DNA of 64,000 nt, taken from the NCBI GenBank assembly GCA_000182565.2, contig KQ257465.1. The stretch is one strand, 5' to 3'. How positions within the stretch are numbered: position 1 is the first letter of the stretch; each line of letters begins with the position of its first letter. The position numbers and the translations under genes are program-made. The DNA is from Spizellomyces punctatus DAOM BR117 (lineage: Eukaryota). Below are positions 28,620 to 41,764 of this stretch, piece by piece. The notes under the pieces were generated by a model. That model was not told where the DNA came from. It ran no database searches and saw only the letters and a program-made list of their open reading frames with translations.

Positions 28620-29687
28620 ATGAATCACCTCGAGCTACCTCCCTTGGCACATGTTGTTACGCATTCAAAGCCCATAGATCTGATTCAGAGAGACCAAAAG
28701 TTTTCGATATCTCCTTCTCTTCACCCACCACTCCTCCTCCCGCCCGCGATAGAAGGCCCTTTCTATCAACCGCCCGCCTCCCCACCGACTCCTGCACATG
28801 CCCTTCCACAGTTTAGACCACGAGATTTGAAAGAGTATGGAGATCGGTCCATCACGGACTCACATTTTGACCGCCGCATCCATCCGCCTGTACCACGATT
28901 GTTCCCGCCTCCCCCAGGGTCTCCGGCAGCTGTCGCTGCGGCAGGGTGCGGGTCGCGCGATACCCAATGCTCTATTGCCCCTCCGTTCCCGGTGCATATC
29001 AAAGTAGAAGACGATCGACAGTCGTTTTACTCGCCTCACTCTCGATCGTACCAAGACTCCCCTGTGCACGCGTCATCCCGCCAATCCATTCAACCTTCTC
29101 CTCCGCCTCCGCTGCCACCAAAATCCCACGCAACCTCTCCCGAAAGCTCACCAACTATAACAAAGATACCTCCAGTGACAACGACAACAACCAACGCGAG
29201 CGGTGACACCGTCATCGTTACAACTCATCACAATGGCACTACCAAACACTCCAAACTGTACCGATGCCCTTCACCAAACTGCTCCAAAATGTTTACAAGG
29301 CGCTACAACCTTCAGTCCCACATGCGATGTCATTCGGGGGAAAGACCATTTGTATGCAAATACTGCGGAACAACCTTTTCGCGTAAACATGATCTAAGAC
29401 GGCATACCCGATCGCTACATAGCGAAGATCGACCACACCACTGTGGATTCTGCAGTCTGTCATTTGCAAGATCGGTATGTGATTTTTGTTTGAACGACGT
29501 TGTGAATAAATACTTAACCTATATTCTCAATTAACAGGATGCGCTCAAGCGACATTTAGCATCCGAGGCCAAACGATGTTCTTCACATCCTCCATACCCT
29601 CCGATACCAAACGCTACCGACTCCTCATCGCATCATGAGGAGGAAGATGAGGTTCCTATAAAGGAAGACAAAGGGGAAACTTTGTAA
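28620..29687 (+). CDS. C2H2 zinc-finger transcription factor with Crz1-like fingers, 2 exons
   Basis: CPSPNC...FTRRYNLQSHMRCH-SGERPF-CKYC...FSRKHDLRRH...CGFC...FARS|DALKRH across a GTATGT...CAG intron. Confidence 0.85.
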
Positions 29688-30024
29688 TTGTCCCGAGAAT
29701 CAGTTATGTTTACACACGTGGGGTTTTTTTGTACTCGTTTGTTTATAGCAGGATCCAAAATACTTTTGTGTATTTAACAGCGAAACACAGCTGTAGTGTT
29801 AGGGAGAATAAAACTCATTGTGAGAGTCCACACAGCTCACGAGGCGGAGAGTAACGCAACGTGCCAATAAAACTCTCAGGTATTGCGCCAAATGATATAC
29901 AAACACACAAAAAATGCCTATTTACTGGGATTTTCCACACGATAATCCCGCCATCAATTCTCCATAACCTACGGCCTCTCATGCCAGCCTCCTCGATACA
30001 ATTGGCGACATCCTAATCCTTCCC

Positions 30025-30725
30025 TCAATTTGTCTTCCCACCAATGGCATATCCCGCTTGGGACGCCATCGATCGAGTGTTTCCACCAATTCCATATCCA
30101 GTTGCATAACCCAATCCAGACGCCGCAACAGGCCTGCAGCTAGATACTTTTCCGCCAGACTGTAACATGATCGGCCGTACGGTCACAACCAAATTCTGAT
30201 GTCCACCATACTGATGGTGCATCCAAGGACGTTCCGGTGGGTAATAGGGCACGTATGCACCGGTCACTATGACCATACCCGCCCCTCAATCCACCTCCAA
30301 CAACCTCTTGTGTTTCATGCCGTGCAGGTTCATGTGAGGAGCCGTATAGGGCCGATGGGGTTCGGTCCGCATGCCACTCAATCGGCTGGGCGACGGACGC
30401 GTGTTGGAATTCGGCACGTTGGTTCGTATGTGGGCGGGGTTCTTCCACTGGAGGAGGGGGGACAGCGTACTTGACGGATCCTGGGCCTCCACTCAGAGCG
30501 TAAAAGTTGGGTCTGGATACAATGTTAACCACATGAAGCATGTCGCACGCATATTCAGACGACTCACTTTTCAATAACCTGTTCTTGCTTTGTACCTCGT
30601 TTGATCAGCACCTTTGTCGATAACGATGATGACCATGGAGCAGAACGAGGAACAGCTGCCGCTTCCGTCAGTGACGCAGCGAATAGCGCTAATGCAGCTA
30701 CAATGTAACCATTTAGGGCAACCAT
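30025..30725 (-). CDS. Putative small secreted protein, 2 exons; 3' end uncertain (stop at 30140 or 30025)
   Basis: MVALNGYIVAALALFAASLTEAAA signal-like N-terminus, a KR site, and a GTGAGT...CAG intron splicing in frame into KPNFYALSGG. Confidence 0.5.
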
Positions 30726-31273
30726 GATAAACAGTGCCAGCCGTAATCGGCGGCTACGAGAATGATACTGTGAGGTACAGTAGTGAAAGGCTTGAATGAT
30801 TTTAAAGGGTAGAGTGCACTCTCCAGATGAATATGCCTTTTAGCGATAGTTGGCTGTGAGCGTGCGAAAGTCCTGCCACAAGCCAACTCGGCTCAGCCTC
30901 GCCGAATCCAGTCAGTGGCTTAGGCAACGCTGAGTCAAATGATCATGTGATCCAGTCGAATCTTGCGAGACATGCGATAGGAAGAACAAAGTGTAAAGGA
31001 ATGACAATTGTGAATGAGCATTGAAAGCCCTTAATGGTTTATAGTAGCTGCGCAGCACCTTTCCCACTTCAGTGTTGTTTTTGGAATAAAGGCGACGGAT
31101 TGGGCGTCATTGTGCAAGCAACGTTGGTACCCTCTCCACAAAGTGGATATATCCTCCGCAAATGTGCACTATTCCGGCAGTTAGTCTTTACAGCTCGTTA
31201 CACTTCAGACCACCAACTTACAAAAGTCGTTCCATCGTTCCGTCAAAGTATCTCGATGTTGGACAAAAGGGCG

Positions 31274-31615
31274 GGTGTTTGTTTACAGGTCAGGCCTCCG
31301 GCGATGCCAACCTCAAACCTAATCACCATCGCGGAAGTGCCCGAGTCTATAAATGGCGACCATCATCCAAGCAATAAGTGTTAAACACGCGAAAGCATCT
31401 TGCGTTGTTTACAGGTCAGGCCCCCGGCGACTATCAGTGCTATACGGTCGGTAGATATCGCGGGGGTTGCCAGAGACTGTAAACGGCGCATAAGAGTCCT
31501 TTCGGGTTTTGAGAGTACGGGTGAGGTGAGGATCTTTCAACCTCGCGCTCTTAAATAAACCTCTGGGGCAGTCAAACTCCGCTACGCGTCACACCCCTTC
31601 AAATGCCCACAGGGA
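31274..31615 (+). ncRNA. Candidate structured RNA: twin related long hairpins plus further stems
   Basis: Two hairpins (31274-31361, 31401-31490) share a 26-nt 5' arm (25/26 identical) and related 3' arms but have unrelated apical loops. G-U pairs favour the + strand; GAAA and UUCG-type loops lie nearby. Confidence 0.45.
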
Positions 31616-31669
31616 TGTCAATTATAAATTACGCAGGGATCTATGATATTAGAACGTAGAGGTAATTAT

Positions 31670-32220
31670 ATTGCGCGCTAGAATGTATTAATCTCTCAAG
31701 GCGGGAAGGAAATAATTACGGACCTGTGCAAGGAGACTGTAGGGAGCCAAGTCATCCAACATGAGTTCTGCCAAAGTGGCCACGATTTCCACCTGAAGAC
31801 AAGCACGCGCCATGTTTAGAATAAGCGCAGCTCAATTCCAATTTGTCAAAATAAGTGGCTCGACTGGCAGGGGAAAACGAAAGCTGTTTAAAGAAATCTT
31901 TAATATTGTCGTCATGTCATCTCCACGCACCTGTCTTTGGCTTAAAGATTCGGGGATTGAGGGTTTAAATTGATGCGTTCAACCCTGGACTTGATGCCCA
32001 ATAACAGGAAGGGTATTCACTCAGCATAAGCATCCATGGATTTATTCATGGGGATAGACTGATATTCATTATCGTCCCGAGTTTTGCATCTTTTAAGTTA
32101 TTGGGGTCCAATCTAGGCTCAAACGTTCATATTCAGGTCTTTATCATTGTTTCAGGTCAATATTAACGCTATTGTTATTTATCTTTCTTTATTTTGTTTG
32201 TGGGGATGAAATCGGGATTC
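31670..32220 (-). pseudogene. Decayed AT-rich ORF remnant of unknown (possibly mobile or viral) origin
   Basis: One minus frame reads as plausible protein (...INPWMLMLSEYPSCYW...DDNIKDFFKQLSF...) interrupted by about 6 stops, each of which could derive from CGA/CAG/CAA by C-to-T change. Confidence 0.35.
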
Positions 32221-32267
32221 CGAGGCATGGTTAGCCACAATGTAGACTAAATATTTATTTTTCGATC

Positions 32268-32488
32268 ATTATTTCCAATATGCCACCCAAGCGAGCTAGT
32301 AGATCCTATTGGACTGCGAGGCCGAAAGGCCGATGACATAGTAATTCCATTCGGACACATTGTATCTCTTTAAAGATTTACATTCGACTATTAATTTGTA
32401 TTATTTTCAATATGCCTCTCTGTATGATATTCGAGCTACATGAGATCTAATTTGGACTACCGAAAGGCCTGCCCATATACTAATTTCA
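32268..32488. repeat. Degenerate ~80-90-bp direct repeat containing a CC-GAAA-GG hairpin
   Basis: attatttycaatatgcc...cgagcta...agatc...ggact...ccgaaaggcc occurs twice (about 32268-32349 and 32400-32488). Confidence 0.7.
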
Positions 32489-32653
32489 AAAAGTAACAGA
32501 AAGAGTAGGTTTCAGCGCAACAGAAAAATCCTACTCCAAAGTGCATGAGTTCCAAAACTTAATACTGTTAACATTGGTACAAGAAAGAAAAAAAGGATTA
32601 AAAGAATTTCTCTGACTCTAGCTATCTCAAAGCGCTCTCAAAGCGCCCCTTGA

Positions 32654-33769
32654 TCAAACATTTTTTGGGCCAGACTCTCTCACAGATCTAGTATCCCTCA
32701 TGGTCGGTGCCCTCGCCAAACCACCTTTCACACTTCTCTCCATTGCGTCCGTATATGTCCCACCCGATGTCAACCCTCTCGTACTGTGGGTGACAGATGA
32801 GTTGTGATTGGCGGAATGGCTTCCACCAGAAGTCACCGATCCCGTTCCCGTTCCCGTTCTTGGTCCAGAATTTTTGAGTTGCTGGACTTTTTGCAAGAGG
32901 AAGATAGAGTAGAGCAGGAAGGTGTATTGAAAGGGTAGGGACATGGTCGAGGCGTACGAGTACGTATAACCTAACCCGCCACTTCCACCGGATGACAGGT
33001 TGAAGATAATGGCGAGAGTCAGATCCCCTATTAATTGAATCGCTGCGGCTACTTTGGCTTGTGCTGCAAACGTTTGTACTTCGGATATCGTGAGGGTATC
33101 ATAACTTCTTAACAGGGCAGTTTGACGGTAACAGAGGTGAAGAATCATGGCGGATAGAGTAACGTCCGTGGCACCGACCGTGACGAACCAAAATGTGTAC
33201 GGTAAAATATACTTCATCCCTGCTCTCTCGATCCCCAACGACGCTCCAACGGCAAAACTTGCAATGGACCAAATGGCGAAAACGGCGCCAATGATGAGCA
33301 ACGTCTTGACAAATCGCGGAGCCCAGACTCTTGATCTTCCCCATCCAATCAACAAAAACTCCACACGCACACCCTGAGCTAATCCAATCAGAGTACAACT
33401 CGAATAGTAAAACACTTTGGGAAAATGTCCAATATTGGGGTGTCCATTGAATTGGGAAAAGTTTGAGACGGTAATAAGGTCGAGCAACAAGCCCATTAGA
33501 CAGATGATGGGACAGATGAACATGAGGTAATTGTACGTTGTCTTGCGGCGAGAGAGGAGAAACCGCCAACAAAAGACGAGGGCGGTTGTCATGATAAAGA
33601 TTCCTGTCAGGATGAGTGCAATGTTTGCTGCTCGTAGGTTGACCCCTGTACATGCTGCTTGGGGTGTATCCCACGTACTAATGTGGCCCGTATAGGTGAT
33701 GTTAACGACCGTTCCATTTTCGTCGTAAGTGTACTGGCAGTATGGGTCGTCGACGTTGTATATCACCAT
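32654..33769 (-). CDS. Intronless 7-TM, GPCR-like membrane protein
   Basis: About seven hydrophobic helices, a Cys/N-glycosylation-site N-terminus and a Ser/Thr-rich cytoplasmic tail. Confidence 0.7.
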   Translation of the reverse strand: MVIYNVDDPYCQYTYDENGTVVNITYTGHISTWDTPQAACTGVNLRAANIALILTGIFIMTTALVFCWRFLLSRRKTTYNYLMFICPIICLMGLLLDLITVSNFSQFNGHPNIGHFPKVFYYSSCTLIGLAQGVRVEFLLIGWGRSRVWAPRFVKTLLIIGAVFAIWSIASFAVGASLGIERAGMKYILPYTFWFVTVGATDVTLSAMILHLCYRQTALLRSYDTLTISEVQTFAAQAKVAAAIQLIGDLTLAIIFNLSSGGSGGLGYTYSYASTMSLPFQYTFLLYSIFLLQKVQQLKNSGPRTGTGTGSVTSGGSHSANHNSSVTHSTRGLTSGGTYTDAMERSVKGGLARAPTMRDTRSVRESGPKNV

Positions 33770-34519
33770 TCTCGTACGCTTATTATTCAAAGACTCAGAG
33801 TGTTGTCTCTATGGAGTGTCTTGACTAAACTTGACCAGCGGAAGGCTAAACAGGAACAGCCTAAGGCTATATATGCACTGCACACATTCGCTCTTCCACG
33901 CCGAGGGTAACCATTATATTTCATACCCCACTTGCAAGTAGACATTGCTAAAAATACCACATTTTGTTTGAATCTCATGGGATGTAACGACTGTGTGTTC
34001 TGTGTCGATATTTTTCCAGTGTTGCATTTTTCCAGGTGGTACACGCTGCCGCGGGGAATCGTTCCAATCACTCGCTATTGCGGGTATTTTTAGACTGTGT
34101 ACAAAAAGAGGGGGATCCGTTCCTTTACCACGGGAACTCTTGCTATTATTCTTTTACAAACTGCATCGATTGTTTTAAATGCATGGGTTTTCTCGTTTGC
34201 GAGAGTCATGAATGCCCGCAGCAGCTGACTTGTGTCTTGTATATCCATCCCCATGAAATAAACGCAATCTTACTCAATTGGCATCACTGGAACTGTGCAA
34301 AATGGCCACTGTGCAACCCACGTTGATAAACATCAAGACTGAGCATACACAAATGAAACTCCTGTGCAACAAGATTACATATTAAAAAATTCCAACTAGC
34401 AAAATCATTTTACAAGATTTGCACCTGATTGAACTGTATAAAAAAAATGCTACCCTTCCTAACCGTGCAAGCGAGCAGTTCCCAGATTATTATGTTCCAA
34501 ATACCCCAATTAACCCAAT

Positions 34520-36696
34520 TTACACCATTATGCTCGCTGTTCGCTCCACTCCTACAAACTCTTCAAAAAACCCTTCATCACCTTTACTACTTGTCGTGCT
34601 TCGGACACTTTTCGCATCCGCTTCTACAACCCGTCCCATCATTTTGGCGCTCATAAGCACACTTAGCGGTACAGCACCTGTTGGGCTTTTCATGTCAGGC
34701 ACAACAGTTGCAATCACTTCCGATAGTGGCGCAGGCGAAATCATTGACACGTTTGTTGCATTTTGCGCGGGTTTGGCAAGTTGAGGTTTGGCTGCAACCT
34801 TGTAGTCAAGACGTTCGGTGAACAAATGGCAGATTTGGGCGTGGAACTGGGGCATGACGTAAAACAGGAAACCAGCGACTGGAATAGTGAACCAGTCAAA
34901 CAGGTTCCGCGGGTAACGTCGCTCGCTAGACAGTTGGGCACGCTTGCCAAGGTGTTGCACGCGGAGGTGAGCATGTGAAGATGCAATCTTTACATGGCCC
35001 ATCGTTTCCCCGCTGAGGTCCGTTGCAGAGTCCACTCGTCGTGCTTCGCCAACCTTCAACGTCTGGGATTCACGCATCTGAGCCTCCTGCAAAGCCCATC
35101 GTTCGAAGCCAACCCACTGATGGTACTTTTCATAGTACCAGATCATGATCACGTTAGGAATAACAATCGTCATACGTGTCCAGAACGACACGTTCAAGGC
35201 AAGTTCGACGTAGGGGTGTACAGGATCACTGGAGAGGTATCCCCAGAAGAATGTGGCAACAGAGTACGAAAACGAGGAGCGGATGGGTAAGATCAACGCC
35301 GAAGTGACAATAAGGACAAACAAGTGACCCATCAAGATGTGGGACTCCAAGAGACGGTGAAGAAGCTCCATGATGACCAAGGGTTCATACTTGAGCTTTG
35401 GCGTCTCTTCCTTTCCGTATTTGTTAACGTTGGCATTCTTCAAGGGAATCGTTGCTTCGTACCCAGGAGCAATCATGCCCATCAGTGTACGACGCAAAGC
35501 ATAACCAGTGTCGAGGGATCCCCACAAGTGACGCTTGGCCTGATCGTAACGAGCCTTCAGACCACTGACGTAGCCAGAGACTCCGGATCCAGTGCCCTCA
35601 ACGTTACATTGAGAGGCAGGAGAGAAGATAGACTTGACAATCACGCGTCCTTCTGTGGCAAAGAAACACTTGAGGTACATGTGCATGTCCTCTCCAATGG
35701 CTTCTGGCCCAGCATCCCAAAAGTTGACAGCGAGAGCGAGATCCATCGAGACAGAATATGCAGAACAGGGGATTTTGACAGAAGAGGATGGGTAAAGGTT
35801 GGAAATGACGCCAATAGACCAGAACATGTCGGTGACACGGACAAAAACGGGAACATTCTTGGAGTTGCTGGAAAATATGGAATGGTACGTCAGCACCGAG
35901 CGGCAACAGGGCGCTGTTAAAAATCAACTTACCGATCAAACACAGTGCATGGAGCAAACATCATGATCCTGCGTTGTTCAGGGGAAGCAGTAGTGTAGTG
36001 GAAGGTAACCGCACTGAAATAATCTTCAGCAAAGCAGGTATCGGCATCCATAACTGTGATGATCTCGTGCTCGTGACGACCGGCAAGGCCACCACCGCTG
36101 CGAAGCGCCATTTGGGACGCAGCCCAAGCAACGTTACTGGATTTACCACGGATTTCACCAGGACGACCAAGAGGGTGAACAGTGTAAGTGATTTCGTAGA
36201 AGGAATCGGCGTACATCTTCATGAGTGTTTGGGCCTTTTCCACGCTGCCCTTTTCGCTCTCCTCCATTGCCAAACAGATCTTGTACTGGGAGACGGCCCG
36301 AGTGTGACTAGCAAGCACATCAAGCGTCTCACAAAGGGTATCCATCTCTTCCTTGTAGTTGGGCAAGATGACAACGTGGATCACCTGTTCGAAGGGGAGG
36401 TCGTGACGAGTGTCGTTTCCGTCCACAGTTCCAGTCTCCTGGCAATACTTTTGAAGCCAGTCCGTGATCGAGTACAGTTTCGCATTTGTGTAAGCGATAT
36501 ACATTCCGTAGGCTGAACGCGCATTATTCACCAAAAATGCAAGATGGAGGGCAAAGTAGTACAGCCCAAAGAGCACAGGCGCGTACACGGGACCTAGGAA
36601 GGCGAATGGGAGCATGCAAAGCAACCATAGTCCAGGTAACCGCTGGAAGATTGGCTTCCAAGGGACTTGTGCGAGGTATTGTCGCAGAGCCTCCAT
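34520..36696 (-). CDS. Membrane glycosyltransferase family 2, 2 coding exons (intron 35932-35868)
   Basis: ILPNYKEE, GKSSN, DxD motif MDADT, GEDMH and the QxxRW-like QAKRHLWG; the intron joins TVFDR to NSKNV in frame. Confidence 0.9.
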
Positions 36697-39251
36697 ATCG
36701 TTGAATCAGTAAATAAAATCTAACAGGTTATGTACAAGTCTATGTATGCCTAACAGACGTAAGAGGATGAGCTGTTTGAAAAAAGGATGTGAAAGCAAGT
36801 ACAGGTAACTTACCGGGTGCCAATGGGCGTCCGAACTAGAAACGAATCTATGTAAAGACCTGACCAAAAGAACACAAAAGACGTTAGATAGTGTCTCTTG
36901 TGACGGCAACGTTGTTGGCAGGGGTGCTGTGAGCTGGGTTCCCAATGATCCCACGCAAGTAGGTTCCAATGGGCTGGGTTGGGCAGGATCGCTGGCTGCC
37001 GGGGCTCGAGGAGAATGTACAAGAGAGCAAAAGCACCGAGGCAGATTGACGTTTGGGAACGTTGCAGATTCGCAGCAGATATACAAGCACTATGTACAGA
37101 GGCGAAAAGGCAAAGAGGGGGCGCATATGCCAACGCCGATAGGAACACAAGGGGCCAGGTCGAGGCGGCCCGAGTAAGCTCTTGCTGCGGGCCAGGAAAT
37201 CCGTGGACGGTTTGCGCGCCCAAAGTTGATGATATCCGAGACCCTCGTGCAAAAAATACAGTTTCACAACCGTCCGTCGCGGCGTATCCAAAAATAGTAG
37301 CTCGCCGTTTAAATGCTCTGCGGCGAGAATTTGGATGCACCTTTCAAGCCAGCAACAAGTACAAGAGTTGCAAGGAGCTCGCGACGGCCTTGATTGTCTT
37401 TGAGGGGTGGTTCTTGGCGGACGAGGGGGGAAGGGTAAGAGAAAACCGCCAAGCACCCAACTCGGAAGGGGCCGTTGAGAAGGCACAGCCGCATCGGGGG
37501 GCCGATCATTTTTTTTGGCAATGGAACACGATTGGAACCTCACATTGGATCCGGTTGGTGCCCGCCAAAAGTATCCAGTGACGTCATGTGCCAAATGGAG
37601 CGCGTGGGGTTGCGTTCAAACCGAGGGAGCCAGCAATCAAGCGATCCAGCCAACAACCATGGAACCATATTGACCGTGGGAAAAAGCAAGAGACATTGTT
37701 GCAATCGCGCCCATCAACGCACAAGCCAATGGGAGAAAAGTCCGTTTTTCACAACCAGTTTATGGCATCTGACAAAGCTGCTTTTTTTTTTCCCACGACC
37801 AGGATCGACAGATCACACACACTTTCATCTGCTTGTTTTGCACAGTGCCCATATGGTTGTTATGTCACAAAAGTACTCACTGATAGTACAAAACACAATC
37901 TCCGGCCAGCGGAGTGTAGTTTGATGAGAAAGCGTATCGTCAACTTGAGAAAGCTTACAGACCCGCACGCAAGATGAGCGGAAGTATAGAGGGAATGAGG
38001 TACGGTGAGAGTCCGGGATCCGCTTTTCCCCCAAGTAAGTCTGTCCGCCGTTCTAAAGGAATACGCGGATCAACTCGTTTGAGGTGAGACGCGAATGCTT
38101 GATCGTTGCGGAGTTGGGTGAGAGAAGGGGGGGAGTTCACCGCACGATTGCTCTTTGAATTGGGGGGGAGGGGAAAAGCGAGAAGCAAATCGAGGTGAAG
38201 AAAGAAGAGGGGATCTTGCTGTTCCCAAATCCTTTTATTCTGCCCTTGGCGTTCTTGTCCATTTTGTCTACCACCAGCCTGCCGTTTTTTTTTTTCTTCT
38301 TCCGGCAGGCGAGCTCATCCGTTGTGTTTGTATCCACAACCATTCGCAGTGGCATTTTTGACTTGTCTTTTGAGACAAACAGGAGGTATTTCCATTTTAG
38401 GATGTGCAGCGGCCAACTAGTTTGTGGCTCTTTTTTTGCCGGCACACGTTTAAAAATTGAAAGTTTTGTTTTTTTTGCGCGTTCGTTGCATGCAACACAA
38501 GGGAAAAGGGAGCTCTCTAAAAGAACATTAGAAAAGTGGGGGCAATCGACTTTCGCTTATGTTATCTGGTTCATCTGCTCGGGGCGCACTGCCACGTTCT
38601 TTTGAACTATTGAAATACATGGAGCACAGTGTCAGGATGGAAATGAAGCAGATCGTGCCCTCAGCAGTACACACACACACGCAAGTGCAATACGAAATGG
38701 ACAGGGAACACCAAGATGGATCAGCAGACGGGAAGGTCCCCCGGCTGGTGAACTTTTTGTCACCGCCCAGATGGTCTGGGTGATATCGTCCCGCCCCATA
38801 CGCCAAAAATATGAGAATTCGTGCCGCTTGTTGTTCTTGAGCCGCTCTTCCCAAAACACAATCGTAACCCCCCCTTCGTTTTGATTTTCCCACAAACGAA
38901 CGCGGCTGTCCCAAGTTGATGGCACAGTCATATCAGAAACAATTTAGCTAAATATGGGTATATGGACATTACACCAAACGCAGCGGGCGAGGATCTCCCC
39001 ATTTGCCAACCCGCCACCACCAACGAACGAACTACGGCGGCGGGAAAAGTGCGTTGTTTTGCAGTCGGTTTACTTCAAGTCCTCGCTGGAACACCGCGCC
39101 CTCTCCCTATTCGATACCTCATAGTACCCAGATATCTCATTGCTTTTTCTTCTTGCTCAACAATCTGGACACTTTTGTTGATCGTCCCTCCCCCCAATTG
39201 ACTTTACACATATTCTCATTGTCATACTTTTAGCTATCGTGGATTTCCACC

Positions 39252-41764
39252 ATGGCTGCTGAACATGAAGAACGGGAACTGGAAGTGGCTGAAACACAAG
39301 TGCATCACGGAGATGGCAGTCCTTTGGTGAGTTGTAGAGATGTCAATGGTCGGTGGGAAAAAAGTCTGCCAAAAGAGGAGAGTAGATGTCGAGGCTGTGG
39401 GCATTTGAACGTTGGCGATAGTCGCGATTACCTTGGGATTGTTTGCTCCATTGTGGAACCTGTGTCCTAATGCACAAAGATCTGTAGGTTGAAATTGTCC
39501 CATTGCCAGCAGAATCAGGCAACGATGAGTCTGCTGAAAGCAAAGATCAGTCTTCTGCCCGGCACGTCGTGGAGGAACAAGAGAACGCAGTAGAAAAAGG
39601 GACCTCGGAGACAGTGAATATTGAGACTGGCAATGAAGAGCCATACCCTTCAGATTCAATTCCAGTGGCGACTGACGATATTGTCCACGAATATGATTTG
39701 ATCAACAGTGTGGTGCTCACCGACCGCACCGAACACGTCGAATCAAATCTGGACTTCGTGACAACGAAGGAGAATATTCGAACTGACGATGAGACCGTCC
39801 CTGCCGATGCTCTTGTGGACGATCGGGATTCCTCCGGCGAGCCACACCCAAAAGTCATGAGCGATACGAACGTTGACGATCGTACTGTGGATATGGCTGG
39901 GTCGGTGAATAGTGTTTTTACAGACCGCGTACATGAATACGAGGTTGTTGACACCCCAGAACTCGGCGGTACACCCGATCTTGTTGAGGCTGTTTCAAAG
40001 TCACCATCGCCAGTTTGTGTTGGTGAGCTAAAGTCGCATCAGACTGGACCCAGCACGTCTCCTGATGTACATGCTGCTGCCGACATTCTCGAGGAATTCA
40101 TTGCCGGCACTCCAACTGAGAACCTCAACGAACTTCTCGAAGGCTTAGCTGAGAACACGAAATCTACGAAATCTACCGAACACGTTGATCCAGTCCCAGA
40201 TGCCAACGTCATTCAGGAGAGAGATTTACATATCCAACCAGAAGAGAACCCCACCAGCATCCCAGTTGAGCGGTCGTCGGAAGTTGAGGATATCACGCCT
40301 TCTGCAGTCGTTGCGTCCGTTGAAGAGATTACAATGGATGGTAGCGATCCTGCATATGCGGACATCACTGCGCTCCCGCTGGTTAGCAATGTGCTTTCCG
40401 AAGGTAACACAGTGGATCTAACTGAATCTGTAACCGAGGTCAAGCAAGATATTGCAGATGATGTCCCAGCGGATTCTTCCGCAAATGGCGAGACATTGGC
40501 CGATGTTATCAATGTCGTTGAAATTGAAAACAAGTCTCAAAGCTCCGAAGGAGCGATAGCCGGAGAACCTGCTGTAGGAGATCCACCTGTTGCTAGCGCA
40601 GCGGAGGAACAGTCTTCTGACACTTTCCAGATCAAAGACACACCTGTGGAACAGGAAGACCATACTGGCAATAAACAATCTTTTGAAAAGATTGTGGCTA
40701 CAGAGGAACCCAAGACGAATGCCATCGAGGTACCTCGGGCAGAAATTCAGGAGGAAGTCAAAGAAGAGCCCAAGCCACAGTCTCAGAAAGAAGAACCCAA
40801 AGAAGATCAGAAACCCGTACAGGAACCTATAACCTCCCCCGTTATTCATCCTACCCCTCCTCAAACTCCTCCGCCAAAGCCTGCCCATCTCTTTTCCGAC
40901 TACCGTCGCGTGTCAAGGAGCTTGGAGCGCCTTGTCTCTGCCGCTTCATCCCCAGCACCGTCTCCGATAGCTCGTACAGCTGCACACGGTGAAGTCCTGC
41001 CAGTATCCGCAATAACTGCCGCAGTGCGCGCTACAAACCCTATTTTGGATGAGCTTCTCTACTCTTTGAACCTGATACAGAACAATGACGAATCACTGGT
41101 GGATTTGGACTTGACAGACTGCCCCGTGTTCCGGATTGTGCATGGAACTGCTTTGGCTGGCGGTCTTTTGAAGAATACCCATTTGAAGAAGGTGGCGTTG
41201 AAGGGTGTTGGGTTCCAAACCCAGAATGCAATTGAGCTTGCTGAAGCGTTGAAGCACAATACGACACTTGAGGTGCTTGATTTGTCAAATAACCAGATTG
41301 CGCCTGCTGGGGTAATGTTCTGTCTTTTTCGAAATGGGCAATGGAAAACAGATTATGGACTGCGATACTGATCGATTTATCATGATAGATCAAAGCTCTG
41401 GCCGAAATGCTCCAAGAGAATCAAGGGTTGAAGGAACTACGATTGTCACAACAAGTCAGTACCCGACAGTATCGTTTATTGTGTATCGCACTGGACTGAT
41501 AGTCATCGTGTTGTCTTCTATAGCGCGCCCCAGCCGGAACAGACGCCGAACAAAGCCTCGCCCGAGCATTGGCCAAGAACGAAACCCTCACACGGCTCAG
41601 TTTGCAAATCCGTGATGTAGCCTCTCGCAACGCAATTGACCGAAGCATAACGAGGAACAAGGAAATCGGTTGGTACTCGTGTATTGTCCGTTTTGGTAAA
41701 AGACAAAGTTACTGATCTCTTGTATGCAGCTCGGAAAAAGCGCTGGGCAGCTCAACAAGCATAG
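39252..41764 (+). CDS. Tropomodulin/leiomodin-like LRR protein with a long acidic disordered N-terminus, 5 exons
   Basis: Spliced C-terminus LAEALKHNTTLEVLDLSNNQIAPAG|IKALAEMLQENQGLKELRLSQQ|RAPAGTDAEQSLARALAKNETLTRL...RNKEI|ARKKR resembles the tropomodulin LRR and cap; introns are GT-AG and in frame. Confidence 0.75.

Noticed and set aside
32312..32337. Hammerhead-like GGCC-GAAA-GGCC stem preceded by CUGCGA
   Set aside because: The core needs CUGANGA before and GAAA after stem II; here it is CUGCGA and GAUG, and no stems I/III are evident.
36706..39230. Many overlapping 70-236-aa ORFs between the GT2 and LRR genes
   Set aside because: No recognisable motifs or consistent splice model; looks like a divergent promoter and UTR region.
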